Shown here: positions 10,037 to 19,975 of the stretch, one piece after another
How positions within the stretch are numbered: position 1 is the stretch's first letter
Layout: the number at the start of each line of letters is the position of its first letter
Sequence record: SRR20825019_1884
Length of the DNA: 35,877 nt
Reading direction: 5' to 3' (one strand)
The notes under the pieces: model-generated
What the model saw: the letters and a program-made list of their open reading frames with translations, nothing else
What the model was told of the DNA's origin: nothing
The model's database searches: none
Made by a program: the position numbers and the translations under genes

Positions 10037-10795
10037 TTAGTTGTTTTTAATAAAACTTAAAAAATATATTAAGGCATTTAATATTACTATTGAGGGTCCA
10101 ACAGGAAAATCAAAATAAAGTGCCAAAGCGCATCCGGAACTTGCTGATACCATACCAATAACACCAGATAATAATATCATTTGAACAGGGGATTTAGAAT
10201 AAAATTTAGCTATAGCTGGAGGAAGGATTACCATTCCAACAGAAACTAAAGCTCCTACTATCTTCATAACAAAAGCAAGAACAATTGAATAATATATCAT
10301 TAATGATATCTCATATCTTCTTACTTTAATACCCTTAGAAAGAGCAAGATCTTTATTTAGTGAAATTATAATGATTGGATTTAAAAAAAAGTAAAAAATA
10401 CTATAAGAAATCACGCATAATATGCTTGCAAATATTAGATCTTTATAAGTTGCAGAGAGAATATCACCAAAAAATATATCTTCTCTTACATATTCACCTG
10501 GAAACAAACTCATAATCATTAAAGATAGTGCAAGCATTGAAGATGAAATTATATTTATAGAGAGGTTATTGTCATTTTTAGATTTGATTAATTGTACAAG
10601 AGCTGCAAATACAAGAGCTATAATTGGAGCAGTTATATAAAGAGGTATTCCTAGTGATAAAGAAATTGCTCCTGATAAAACTGATGCATGAGCAAGGCCA
10701 TCGCTAAAATAGCCATATCTTTGCCATAGCATAGCGCATCCTAAAGGCGCAAGTAAAACTCCTATACTAATAAGTGTAAAAATTATGAAATACAT
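10037..10795 (-). CDS. znuB: Zinc ABC transporter permease
   Basis: APLGC..LW.R..YFSDGLAH, FGDIL, K.VGAL, IlPPA.A; hydrophobic; 1-bp overlap with znuC. Confidence 0.93.
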   Translation of the reverse strand: MYFIIFTLISIGVLLAPLGCAMLWQRYGYFSDGLAHASVLSGAISLSLGIPLYITAPIIALVFAALVQLIKSKNDNNLSINIISSSMLALSLMIMSLFPGEYVREDIFFGDILSATYKDLIFASILCVISYSIFYFFLNPIIIISLNKDLALSKGIKVRRYEISLMIYYSIVLAFVMKIVGALVSVGMVILPPAIAKFYSKSPVQMILLSGVIGMVSASSGCALALYFDFPVGPSIVILNALIYFLSFIKNN

Positions 10796-11487
10796 TAGTT
10801 TTCGTGAATATGATCATGATAATGCTGATACATAGTTAAAGGCGTATCTTTATCTAAATTTAAATCTTTAGGAGGTCCACTACAGCATATATGATGGTTA
10901 AGGCATAAAACTTGATCGGCAGCTTTTGCAACCATATGAAGATCATGAGATATCATAAGAACAGATATTCCTAGAGTATTTTTTATATAATCAAGTAATT
11001 CATAAAAATTATGTTCACTATGAACATCGAGGCTATCTGTTGGTTCATCAAGAACTAATAGATCAGGTTGGTTAAGTATTGCAGCAGCAAGTGCTACTTT
11101 TTTCATTTGTCCTTCTGAGAGTGTTATTACTTGCGATTTTTTTAGCTGTTCTATATGTGCAAAATCAAGTATTTTTTTTGATTCTATTTTATCATTTTTA
11201 TCGCTACCAAAATATTTCAAAAAATCATTAACACTAAAAGGTAGATGCCTGTTTATTATTACCTTTTGAGGTAGGTATGATATTTTTAAATTTTTCTTAA
11301 CATATATTGAGCCGCTACAAGGTTTAATTATCCCAAGTATCATTCTAGCAATGGTAGTTTTACCAGCTCCATTTGGTCCAATTAAAAATGTAACTTTAGA
11401 AGGGTTTAACTTAAAATTGACTTTATCAACTACTAACTCATTACCAAAATATTTGGTAACTCCTAAAAATTCTAAAAGATGGCTCAC
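10795..11487 (-). CDS. znuC: Zinc ABC transporter ATP-binding protein
   Basis: Walker A GPNGAGKTT, LS.GQ signature, LVLDEP, ISHDL, CLNHHICCSG and C-terminal HYHDHIH; GTG start. Confidence 0.95.
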   Translation of the reverse strand: MSHLLEFLGVTKYFGNELVVDKVNFKLNPSKVTFLIGPNGAGKTTIARMILGIIKPCSGSIYVKKNLKISYLPQKVIINRHLPFSVNDFLKYFGSDKNDKIESKKILDFAHIEQLKKSQVITLSEGQMKKVALAAAILNQPDLLVLDEPTDSLDVHSEHNFYELLDYIKNTLGISVLMISHDLHMVAKAADQVLCLNHHICCSGPPKDLNLDKDTPLTMYQHYHDHIHEN

Positions 11488-11491
11488 TTGT

Positions 11492-11980
11492 TTATCGAGG
11501 GCTTGAAGAATTAATTATTTCCCAATGTCCATTAGGTTGGCGGCATGCTGTGCCATATGCTTTAACTTCCTCACCTCCTATTATCACAACTTGAGTAAAT
11601 TCTCTACAATATCTGTTATTTCTGTCTTGGTATGTTCGTATTGGGGCTATATATCCATGATGACCATTATCCGGGTTTTGCCAAGCTACAGAGTGGCCAG
11701 TTCTAGATTGTTCAAAGGCATTTTGAGCAGAATATGTCATAAGTTTTTTATCTTGTTCATCTAGTTGTTTACCAATTGAAGAACCTACTAATCCGCCGGC
11801 TAATCCTCCAAGTATGCCTAGAAATATACCTTCATCACCAGGAGCTAGAGAAGATCCAATTATTGCTCCTCCGACTGTACCAAGAAATGCTCCACTACCA
11901 GCTTTATTTTCACACGAATTTAAAAAAGGAATAATTGAAATGACGATTAATAAACTTGATAATTTGCAAGGAATCTTCAT
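11492..11980 (-). CDS. 17-kDa surface antigen family lipoprotein (glycine zipper)
   Basis: Lipobox FLNSC; glycine-zipper GTVGGAIIGS / GGLAGGLVGSSIG; WQNPDNG.HG, YCREFTQ.V.IGG, AYGTACRQPNG.W. Confidence 0.93.
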   Translation of the reverse strand: MKIPCKLSSLLIVISIIPFLNSCENKAGSGAFLGTVGGAIIGSSLAPGDEGIFLGILGGLAGGLVGSSIGKQLDEQDKKLMTYSAQNAFEQSRTGHSVAWQNPDNGHHGYIAPIRTYQDRNNRYCREFTQVVIIGGEEVKAYGTACRQPNGHWEIINSSSPR

Positions 11981-12122
11981 AATCTTAAAATTTATTATAA
12001 ATATTTATACTATACAGTTATATAAATATAAAGTATAGTTTAAATATTACAAGAAGATTATAAAGATTACTATGCTTAAAATCAAAGCATTATACAGAAG
12101 ATCAATATAGAAGAAGTTAAAT

Positions 12123-13004
12123 ATGAACTTAGAAAAGTCAGCATCAATTATAGCCTTAACTTCAACTTTATTTGTTATATTACTAAAATTTTATGGTTGG
12201 TTAGTTACAGACTCTGTATCAATACTTGCATCACTAATGGATTCTCTTCTTGATATTACAGTTTCTGTAATAAATTATTATGCTATTAAATACTCACAAA
12301 TGCCACCTGACGATAATCATAGATTTGGGCATGATAAAATACAGGATTTAGCGGTTTTTGCTCAATCAATATTCTTTTTCTTTACTGGAATAATAGCTTT
12401 ATTTACAGCTTTTTTTCATTATACGTCAGAAGCAAAAATCATGAGTCATTCAAAAGGAGAAATGGTGATGATTATTTCAACTTTAGTAACGTTAATATTA
12501 GTTATGTATCAACATTATGTAATATCTAAAACTGGTTCAAATATTATTAAGGCTGATAAAGTTCATTATTTTTCAGATTTTTTAGCAAATATTGCAGTAT
12601 TTGCATCAATTAAAATAAGTAAAATATGGCCTAGTTGTGACATATTTTTTGGAGTGTTGGTTGCTTCATATATAATGTATGGATCATATTCTTTATTTAG
12701 AACATCAATAAAGAGGCTAATTGATGAAGAGCTTGACAATAGTGAGAAAAAAATAGTTTTAAATGTAATTTCGAGATTCAAAGAAGTTAAGGGAGTTCAT
12801 GAATTAAAAACAAGAAGAGCAGGGAATAAAGTATTTATACAATTCCATATGGAAATAGATGGTGAGTTATCTCTTTATGATGCCCACCAAATTAGTGATA
12901 TGATTGAAAATCAGCTTCTTAAACATTTTAAGGAAGCAGAAGTTACAATTCATCTGGATCCAGCAGGTCTTGAACTAAACACAAAATACCAGGAAAATGT
13001 ATGA
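12123..13004 (+). CDS. Cation diffusion facilitator (p34/FieF-like)
   Basis: SILASLMDSLLD, PPDDNHRFGH.K, IKADKVHYFSD, HELKTR..G, AH.ISD.IE, IHLDP. Confidence 0.93.
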   Translation: MNLEKSASIIALTSTLFVILLKFYGWLVTDSVSILASLMDSLLDITVSVINYYAIKYSQMPPDDNHRFGHDKIQDLAVFAQSIFFFFTGIIALFTAFFHYTSEAKIMSHSKGEMVMIISTLVTLILVMYQHYVISKTGSNIIKADKVHYFSDFLANIAVFASIKISKIWPSCDIFFGVLVASYIMYGSYSLFRTSIKRLIDEELDNSEKKIVLNVISRFKEVKGVHELKTRRAGNKVFIQFHMEIDGELSLYDAHQISDMIENQLLKHFKEAEVTIHLDPAGLELNTKYQENV

Positions 13005-13485
13005 AGCTTCTTATTATATGAAGGAAGCTTTGCTTGAGGCAAAGAAGGCATTTTTACTAGGCGAAATTCCAGTAGGAGCTGTACTTGTTGATAGTAATAA
13101 TGGTAAAATAGTAGAAAGAGCTCATAATGACAGTGGAAATTATTTGTCCATTGGCCATGCAGAGTTGATATTAATTTTAAAATCCATAAAAAAAAGAAAT
13201 TTTAATTCAAAATCAGACAATATTTCAAAAGTAAACTCAAAATATCTATACTCATATGATATGTATGTTACATTAGAGCCATGTTTAATGTGTTTAGGTG
13301 CTATTAGTATATCAAGGATTAAGAGGCTATATTATGGAGCAAGTGATAGTAAATATGGATCTATTGAGAATGGTAGTAAAATAAATTTTCAAAATAATTT
13401 TACAAATAAGCCTGAAATTTATGAAGGAATACTTGAAAAAGAATGTAGCCAAATTATTAAGGATTATTTTAAATCTAAAAGATGA
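12997..13485 (+). CDS. tadA: tRNA adenosine(34) deaminase
   Basis: EIPVGAVLV, HAE, YVTLEPCLMC, RI.RL.YGA.D.K.G, C-terminal YFKSKR. Confidence 0.88.
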   Translation: MYEASYYMKEALLEAKKAFLLGEIPVGAVLVDSNNGKIVERAHNDSGNYLSIGHAELILILKSIKKRNFNSKSDNISKVNSKYLYSYDMYVTLEPCLMCLGAISISRIKRLYYGASDSKYGSIENGSKINFQNNFTNKPEIYEGILEKECSQIIKDYFKSKR

Positions 13486-13636
13486 TTAGCTATATAAAAT
13501 ATATAATGTAATACATAATTAAATAATGTATTAAGAATCTAAAATATGATAATCAAGTATTTAACTAATAACCTTAATTTATAAATTATTATTCTTTAAA
13601 ATTTTTTAATAAATTAGATATTTATTGTAATATTAT

Positions 13637-14176
13637 TTACTGAGTTTTAGAAACAACTGCATTGACTTTTATTTCCTTACTGCCTCTTACATAAAGAGTA
13701 ATTTCAACAATATCTCCTTCTTTTAAAGTTTTTTTAAGATTAAGAAGCATTATATGTGTAGAATGAGGTTTAAAGTTAACTATAGTGCGAGGAGGTATAG
13801 TTATTCTATCTACTTTTGTCATATGTCCGACTCCATCTTGGTCAACATAACTATTATGTATTTCTACTGTTTGTGCAAAATTTGGTGAATCAGCTGAAAG
13901 AATATCTATTTGCTTATCTCCTAGATTTTCAATAGAAAAATATATAGCAGTGTTATTGTTTGGAGGTATCGGTAATCTTGCCCATGGTTTTGTGATTTTT
14001 GCATTAACTTTTTTATCCTCATTATCCTTATAATTTGAGTGATTTTTTGCGCTGGTTTCAAGTTTGTTTTTGTTAGCTAAGGCTAAATTAATAGTAGATT
14101 GAGCAAATACTGAAAATAATATGTATATAAATATATATTTAAAGACTGAATTAAAGTTTTTGATAATTGTTTCCAT
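13637..14176 (-). CDS. Periplasmic copper chaperone PCu(A)C
   Basis: Signal peptide; PWAR, TAIYF.IEN, H-x11-M-x21-H-x-M copper motif, LKEGD. Confidence 0.88.
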   Translation of the reverse strand: METIIKNFNSVFKYIFIYILFSVFAQSTINLALANKNKLETSAKNHSNYKDNEDKKVNAKITKPWARLPIPPNNNTAIYFSIENLGDKQIDILSADSPNFAQTVEIHNSYVDQDGVGHMTKVDRITIPPRTIVNFKPHSTHIMLLNLKKTLKEGDIVEITLYVRGSKEIKVNAVVSKTQ

Positions 14177-14870
14177 AATTAGAGTTCAAAGTCTGTTTAA
14201 AAATTGAATAGAAACATTATATCATAGTGTATACTAATAATAAATAAGATAATTAAAATGTATCTAAAATATTAGGACTACTCAAGAATTTCATTAGTAT
14301 CAATTAATAAATAAAAACAATTAGTCATATAATAACTATGTAAATCTATTTCGGATTTATTTAAATTCATTGCATCAAGTTTAATAACTTTTCTGCAGTT
14401 ACAATATATTCTAATATCTTCTGCAACTAAGTCTCCTAATTTCAATTCTTGAATATTATTATTTTTAATTAAGCAAACAAATATTATTCGTAAGAGTTTT
14501 TATTTCCATAGGGGTAAATTTCAGAAATGGTAATTTTACTAATTTCTCCTAATACCTTATTATATTAATCTTCTTGTGTGTAAATAAAAAATTCTGATTA
14601 TATAGCCTCATTTCTTGAGTTAAAATAATCATCATTATCGGCTATATTTTTAAGGTCGGTAAATTCTTTTAGTTTTCTAAGCGAGCTTTTGATGCTAGTA
14701 ACTTTCATACAATTGGCACTCATAGTGCAAACTGTAAGGTATGTAATAATCTTTAAAATTATTAATTTAATTCTTATGATAATTACTTATAAAAAACACA
14801 AAAGAATAAAATTCATCTGGCAATTAAGCTATTAAATTTAAATCAATATGATCCGGGAGAAAAGGATCCT

Positions 14871-15191
14871 TTATATTTTAGTAATGTAAAAATCAATTGA
14901 TTCTATTTTATTATATTTTAATGCAGTAGTAAACGGAGAATGTCTAGCACAGTTTTTCCTCCAGAGACCATAGCACTTATCTCCTAGATATTCTAAAAGT
15001 ATTTTTGAATCTATTCCTCTTTAAGATACATAATGGGCAATAGTAGATTTATAGCTCTAAGAGCAATCCAAACTAGCTATTTTTTTAAGTTTCTCAAAAA
15101 AGCTTTTTAATAATTCAATCTCATCACTAGAGAGAAAAGTAGAAACATTCAATGTGCTTATAATAACTTCTAGAGCTTCGTCATTCTTCAC
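14871..15191 (-). pseudogene. Decayed ankyrin-like gene remnant
   Basis: One frame of 107 codons from GTG with two in-frame stops: ...LDCS*SYKSTIAHYVS*RGIDSKILLEYL...NCARHSPFTTALKYNKIESIDFY; TIAHY..G and SPFxxAxxxN resemble ankyrin motifs; further protein-like fragments continue to ~14280. Confidence 0.45.
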
Positions 15192-15473
15192 AATATCCTA
15201 CTATTATTAATGTGTTAATTCATAAAGGGAGTATTTAATTAATAGTTAAAAATGTAAAATTTTTTTAACAAGCTAAGTTTTGAACATCACAATAAAATTC
15301 AATTTGCTTTTCATAAATATACTCAAATGTGTAGTATTTAATTATAATGAATCTGAATACAGCCGAATAAAACTTTTTGATGCTTTGTTCTTTAACTCCT
15401 TCTTTCAATTTAGGTATAAAAATTCTAAGTAAAGCCTATATAGTATATTAAAGGTGCTGTAAATGGATAAACA

Positions 15474-15496
15474 CATCATAGTATTTTACTATGATG
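15474..15496. repeat. Perfect 10-bp inverted repeat
   Basis: CATCATAGTA-ttt-TACTATGATG; the repeat is clear but its function is unknown. Confidence 0.6.
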
Positions 15497-16160
15497 GGCT
15501 CTCAGCTATGCATGGTTTAATTAAAAAACTCTAACAATTAATTATAAATTGTGTAACTTAAAGTGCTGAGCTTTACTCTAATCTGTACTTTAGTGCAATA
15601 AAACATAATTAAGTAATAAAATAGATGAGGAAATGATCACAAAAATAGAACTAATAAGCTTGAGCATCTAGTTTGTTATCATAAGCCATTTCACTAAGAA
15701 TATATTTAAATTAACAAGTTTTATATGAAATTCTTCCTAGTGCAGAAAAATAATATGGTTGACCCATTAATTCAAATATTGTAAAAACTACTAAAATATT
15801 GTTTAGATAAGAGCTTTTTAATATCAATAATGTAATGAAAGACCTGATAATTGCTTCCTTCAAGACATTAAGGGTTATAAGAAGGTCTTAGGAAGAATTA
15901 GTATACTCCGGTTCGGTTCACAAAGCTCAAATATCTGAATATATTAAGAAAAAAAATTTTCTAAAAAATTAGTTTAAGTGGATTTATTTGAGAAAAAAGT
16001 AGTTGTTATTTCAATTAATGAAAATAAAAAATATGGTTTTGATGTATAGCATTTAAACAATATACAGTTTGAGATAAGTACAAAAGAGAGTTTAATAAAA
16101 TTTTAGGAGTCTGTAATGGTAATATTAGCAAGTAATTTCTAATTCATGTAGAGTATCTGT

Positions 16161-19100
16161 ATGAAAGAACAAGAAATATTATTAGAATTTTGTAAAAATA
16201 ATCAGTTGTCAGAAATTGATTCCTTGATTGGAGAGTATCCAAGTTTAGATCTATTATATGATGATGGGGCTTACTTTAAAGTAGCGGTTTGTAATAATAA
16301 CTATGAGTTATTTAAATTTCTTATAGATATTTATATTAGACTTATAAACGGAGTACCTCAAAGTCCAGAATATAATTATGCTAAACATCATTTAAAAAAT
16401 GTTGTTTCTAAATTATTAGATTCTTATGATGTGTCAAGTAAGATTATAAATGTAGCCAACGATTTATTTGATAATTCAGATGATAGCAATAATTCTAATA
16501 TAGACTTGTCTGATGAAGTTAGTACTGATTCAGGAATTTATTATCAAGAACTGTTACTATCTAATGATTATGTCTATAAGTCCTGTAATCATATTTATTC
16601 AAATATCTGTGATAAGATAAACTTACTTAAGTCAGATTTTACGGAAGAAATTAATAAAATTAATTTGCCTAGAGTATTAAATCTTAAAGGCTTGATTGCA
16701 TTGAAACAAATTCAAGATTTTATTACAAGTTTTTTAGACTCCTCCGTAAGACATAACAATAGTAAAATTGATATAGATCTACTAAATAATATTAGTAAAG
16801 AAATATGTTACTTTCTAGAAGAAAAAAATATTACACAATATGAAAATTGTATTAATGATATTAGAAATTTATATAACAAGTTTATTGAATTAGCAGAGTT
16901 TCTGTATAGCAAGAAATTAGATGGAAGTGTTACAGGTGAAGTAGACCCCACATCAAAGCTCAAACCTTTAACAACTAATGGAGTATATGATTATAACATT
17001 ATGGAAATAAATTTAAAAAGCTTTGTTTGTGAAATTAAAGAAGAAGTCAAAGAAAAGTTTTCATTAGAATATATTAGAGAGAATGCTCTTATAAAGATTA
17101 GTTCTGTGAAAGAAATAGATGAAAAACATAATATAAATCATAAGTCAGAATGTAATCCAATAGATTCATTGAAAGATAAAAAAAATATTGAAGGATATAA
17201 TGTTATTTATAATTATATTACTAAGAAATTTAGAGATAACGATATCGATAAATTTTTCAATTCTGAATTTAAACCACATAACATATGTGAAACTATCTTA
17301 ACTAACAAAATTACTTTAGTGTCTATCAAGAGACTAATGAATATGAGAGATCTAATGAATTCTTCTGAGCAGAAAAGTGAAAGTTCTTATATGATAAGAG
17401 AATTTCAAAAGGATGTAGAGTGTTTTTTAGATAAGAATATTCTGTCTTTTTATTATGCATATGATGAAATAGAAAAAGAAATAAAGAGTTTTAAGAATGA
17501 TCTAAGCAGTAACTTAGTGGAAAGACATACAACTATCAAAATATCTGATTTATTTTTAAATACTAAATATGGCCATCCTAAGTGGTTAGGAATGCAATTA
17601 CGAGACATTATTGGTATATTAGAAGAGATAAAAGATAATATATTAATGAATGGTTTTTGTTCAAAACAAGATATAGAAGAACTTATAGATAAAGTTTTTA
17701 GTTATAGAGAAGTAATAGTAAATCTTTTGTCTAATGATAATGACACTTCATTAACATCTCATAATTTGCTGCATAATATAGATACATTTAATCATTACTA
17801 CTCTAGTTATAAAAGTTTATGCATTAAACATTTAAAACTTAAAAAAGAATTAAAAAGTGATCAAGAAATACACGGTATTTTGTGTAAAGATAAGTTTAAT
17901 AAAATTATTGCAACCTCTCTGCCTGCTAAACTTTCTTTAAAAGCTTTAGGCTTAATAAGCGTTATACAAAGTATTCTAGAAAAAATAAAGAATGAAGAGA
18001 TGCATGATTTTGAAATTAAGAAATACTATGATTTTTCTGAGGAAATATATAATTTTCTCTATGATGAAAATGTTAAATCTTATGAGTTCTCATATGTTGA
18101 GTTAGGATTTTTGCTTAGGGAATACAAAAAGGATCTGAATATTTCATACAAAAAGTACTCAGCTTTCTTCTTTAGTGATATTTCTGATATTAAAAAGCTT
18201 AAATTGAATACTAAATGGGAAAGCCCAAAAAATTTGATGACCCAGCTAGCTCATTTAAGAAAAGTTGTTCCTAATTTAATGTATAACCATAATAATAGAG
18301 ACTTGCTTTGGATTAAGACTAGACAGGAACAAATAATAGATAAGGTTAATTATTTAATGTCTATAGTCAGAAATGTTGATAATATATTCAATGATGTGCA
18401 ACCAGAACTTACAATCATTTCATTTCCAAAATTAGAATTAAAAAATGAAGAGATTTTCTTAAAGTATCATTTGAAATATTCTAAGTTATTTGAGTATTAT
18501 CTTAGACTAAAAGATTCCACAAAATATTTATATAATATAAAATTTTATCAAGTAAACCTATACTCTGATTTGCAACTGGATAATAGACTAAGTATATATG
18601 CAATTAATCAACTTAAAGATATTCAAGATAAATTATGTAGTATACTAAAACAATTAGGTACTAATGAACTTAAATTTTCTGATATCAATGGTAAGATATC
18701 AGAGATTTTACTGAAGGATTTTAATTTGTATTTGAATAATTTTTTAAATGAAAAAGATATAGAAGATTATTATCAAGCAAAAGTTTATCTTATATCTAGT
18801 CTACATACAATAAGTAATATTGACATGTTTGATATTTATGATAACTCTATTAGAATAGATGATCTTGATAAAATGGATTCAAATGTCTTATATAATTTTA
18901 TTGAAGAAAAACAAAACCAGCTAATAGCTTTGGAGGAAGCAGAAGGAATTTGTTCTATAGATAAAAATAAAATTAAATCAATATTGCCATTTATGAGTAA
19001 TTTTGCAGACTGTTTGCAGAATGCAATGAAATACAATGTGAATTTAATATCAGATAGAAGTGAGAGTTTAGAACAGTATAATGATAGCTACAGAAAATTA

Positions 19101-19775
19101 TTTGAAGATTTTAGTAATCTAAAGCTGAATATTAGAAATTCAGGTAAGATATTGAGTCATGCTATGAATCAATTATTAGATATAAATTTAAAAGATAAAT
19201 TGGATTTTTATGATATTGCAGTTCTTAATAAATTGAAATCCAAGCTTACTAATGATATTTACAATGAAGCATATAGCATAAATTCAATATTAGCGATGTT
19301 TGATTTTAGAAATTTTAAATTAGATCTAGATAGTATTATATATAAACTTGATATATTTAGAGATCTCCCAGATAACTTTGATAACAAATTTATTTCTAAG
19401 ATAAGAGATATATATTATAATATCTTTATTGAAATAAAACCTAATGAAGAGTCTTTTCTATCTAAGCTTCAGAAAATTCATAGTATTGTTACTGAGTCAT
19501 ACAACAGTAAAGATGATTTGGCAAATACAATGGATGTTCGTAGTCTAACAGATAAAATATATGATCAAAAAGAAATAAGTAGTACTAAAACTTTCTACAT
19601 ATCAATGATTTATGAAGTGAACGAGCTTGTAGAGGAATTTATTAGTTGTCATGACGGTCATATAAGAGATCGTTTTATGAATGAAAAGGATCAATGTTTT
19701 AAATATTTTGAATCTATTGTATTAGGTGAAAATCTAAATTACAATACGGGTGAAGAAATGATGGATATTGACTAA
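16161..19775 (+). CDS. Large hypothetical protein: N-terminal ankyrin-like domain, acidic linker and five degenerate ~210-aa repeats
   Basis: 1204-aa ORF; DLLYDDGAYFKVAVCNNNYELFKFL ankyrin-like unit; D/S/N-rich linker; repeat anchors at aa 169, 380, 587, 806 and 1010. Confidence 0.85.
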   Translation: MKEQEILLEFCKNNQLSEIDSLIGEYPSLDLLYDDGAYFKVAVCNNNYELFKFLIDIYIRLINGVPQSPEYNYAKHHLKNVVSKLLDSYDVSSKIINVANDLFDNSDDSNNSNIDLSDEVSTDSGIYYQELLLSNDYVYKSCNHIYSNICDKINLLKSDFTEEINKINLPRVLNLKGLIALKQIQDFITSFLDSSVRHNNSKIDIDLLNNISKEICYFLEEKNITQYENCINDIRNLYNKFIELAEFLYSKKLDGSVTGEVDPTSKLKPLTTNGVYDYNIMEINLKSFVCEIKEEVKEKFSLEYIRENALIKISSVKEIDEKHNINHKSECNPIDSLKDKKNIEGYNVIYNYITKKFRDNDIDKFFNSEFKPHNICETILTNKITLVSIKRLMNMRDLMNSSEQKSESSYMIREFQKDVECFLDKNILSFYYAYDEIEKEIKSFKNDLSSNLVERHTTIKISDLFLNTKYGHPKWLGMQLRDIIGILEEIKDNILMNGFCSKQDIEELIDKVFSYREVIVNLLSNDNDTSLTSHNLLHNIDTFNHYYSSYKSLCIKHLKLKKELKSDQEIHGILCKDKFNKIIATSLPAKLSLKALGLISVIQSILEKIKNEEMHDFEIKKYYDFSEEIYNFLYDENVKSYEFSYVELGFLLREYKKDLNISYKKYSAFFFSDISDIKKLKLNTKWESPKNLMTQLAHLRKVVPNLMYNHNNRDLLWIKTRQEQIIDKVNYLMSIVRNVDNIFNDVQPELTIISFPKLELKNEEIFLKYHLKYSKLFEYYLRLKDSTKYLYNIKFYQVNLYSDLQLDNRLSIYAINQLKDIQDKLCSILKQLGTNELKFSDINGKISEILLKDFNLYLNNFLNEKDIEDYYQAKVYLISSLHTISNIDMFDIYDNSIRIDDLDKMDSNVLYNFIEEKQNQLIALEEAEGICSIDKNKIKSILPFMSNFADCLQNAMKYNVNLISDRSESLEQYNDSYRKLFEDFSNLKLNIRNSGKILSHAMNQLLDINLKDKLDFYDIAVLNKLKSKLTNDIYNEAYSINSILAMFDFRNFKLDLDSIIYKLDIFRDLPDNFDNKFISKIRDIYYNIFIEIKPNEESFLSKLQKIHSIVTESYNSKDDLANTMDVRSLTDKIYDQKEISSTKTFYISMIYEVNELVEEFISCHDGHIRDRFMNEKDQCFKYFESIVLGENLNYNTGEEMMDID

Positions 19776-19975
19776 ATTATTTTCTTCATTTTGTGTACAT
19801 TCTTAATTTATTAACTATACGAGCTTCAAAAAGAATCAGCTTGAATTTTCGGAAAAGTAAATTCATCTAATTAATAATATTCTTAAATTCTAACCAATAA
19901 ATGTTTCATTGTTAAATATATTTTTAATAGGTCAGAGAGAAATAAATTTAAAAGAGAATATTTATAAAGACGCAA

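Noticed and set aside
14871-15191. Stop-codon recoding or readthrough as an explanation for the in-frame TAG/TAA
   Set aside because: Normal genes in the window use TAA, TAG and TGA as stops, so decay is the simpler explanation.
15640-15780. Minus-strand fragment GQP...YILSEMAYD faintly like IS5-family LADKAYD
   Set aside because: The catalytic Asp is absent, the spacing is wrong, there are internal stops and no terminal repeats.
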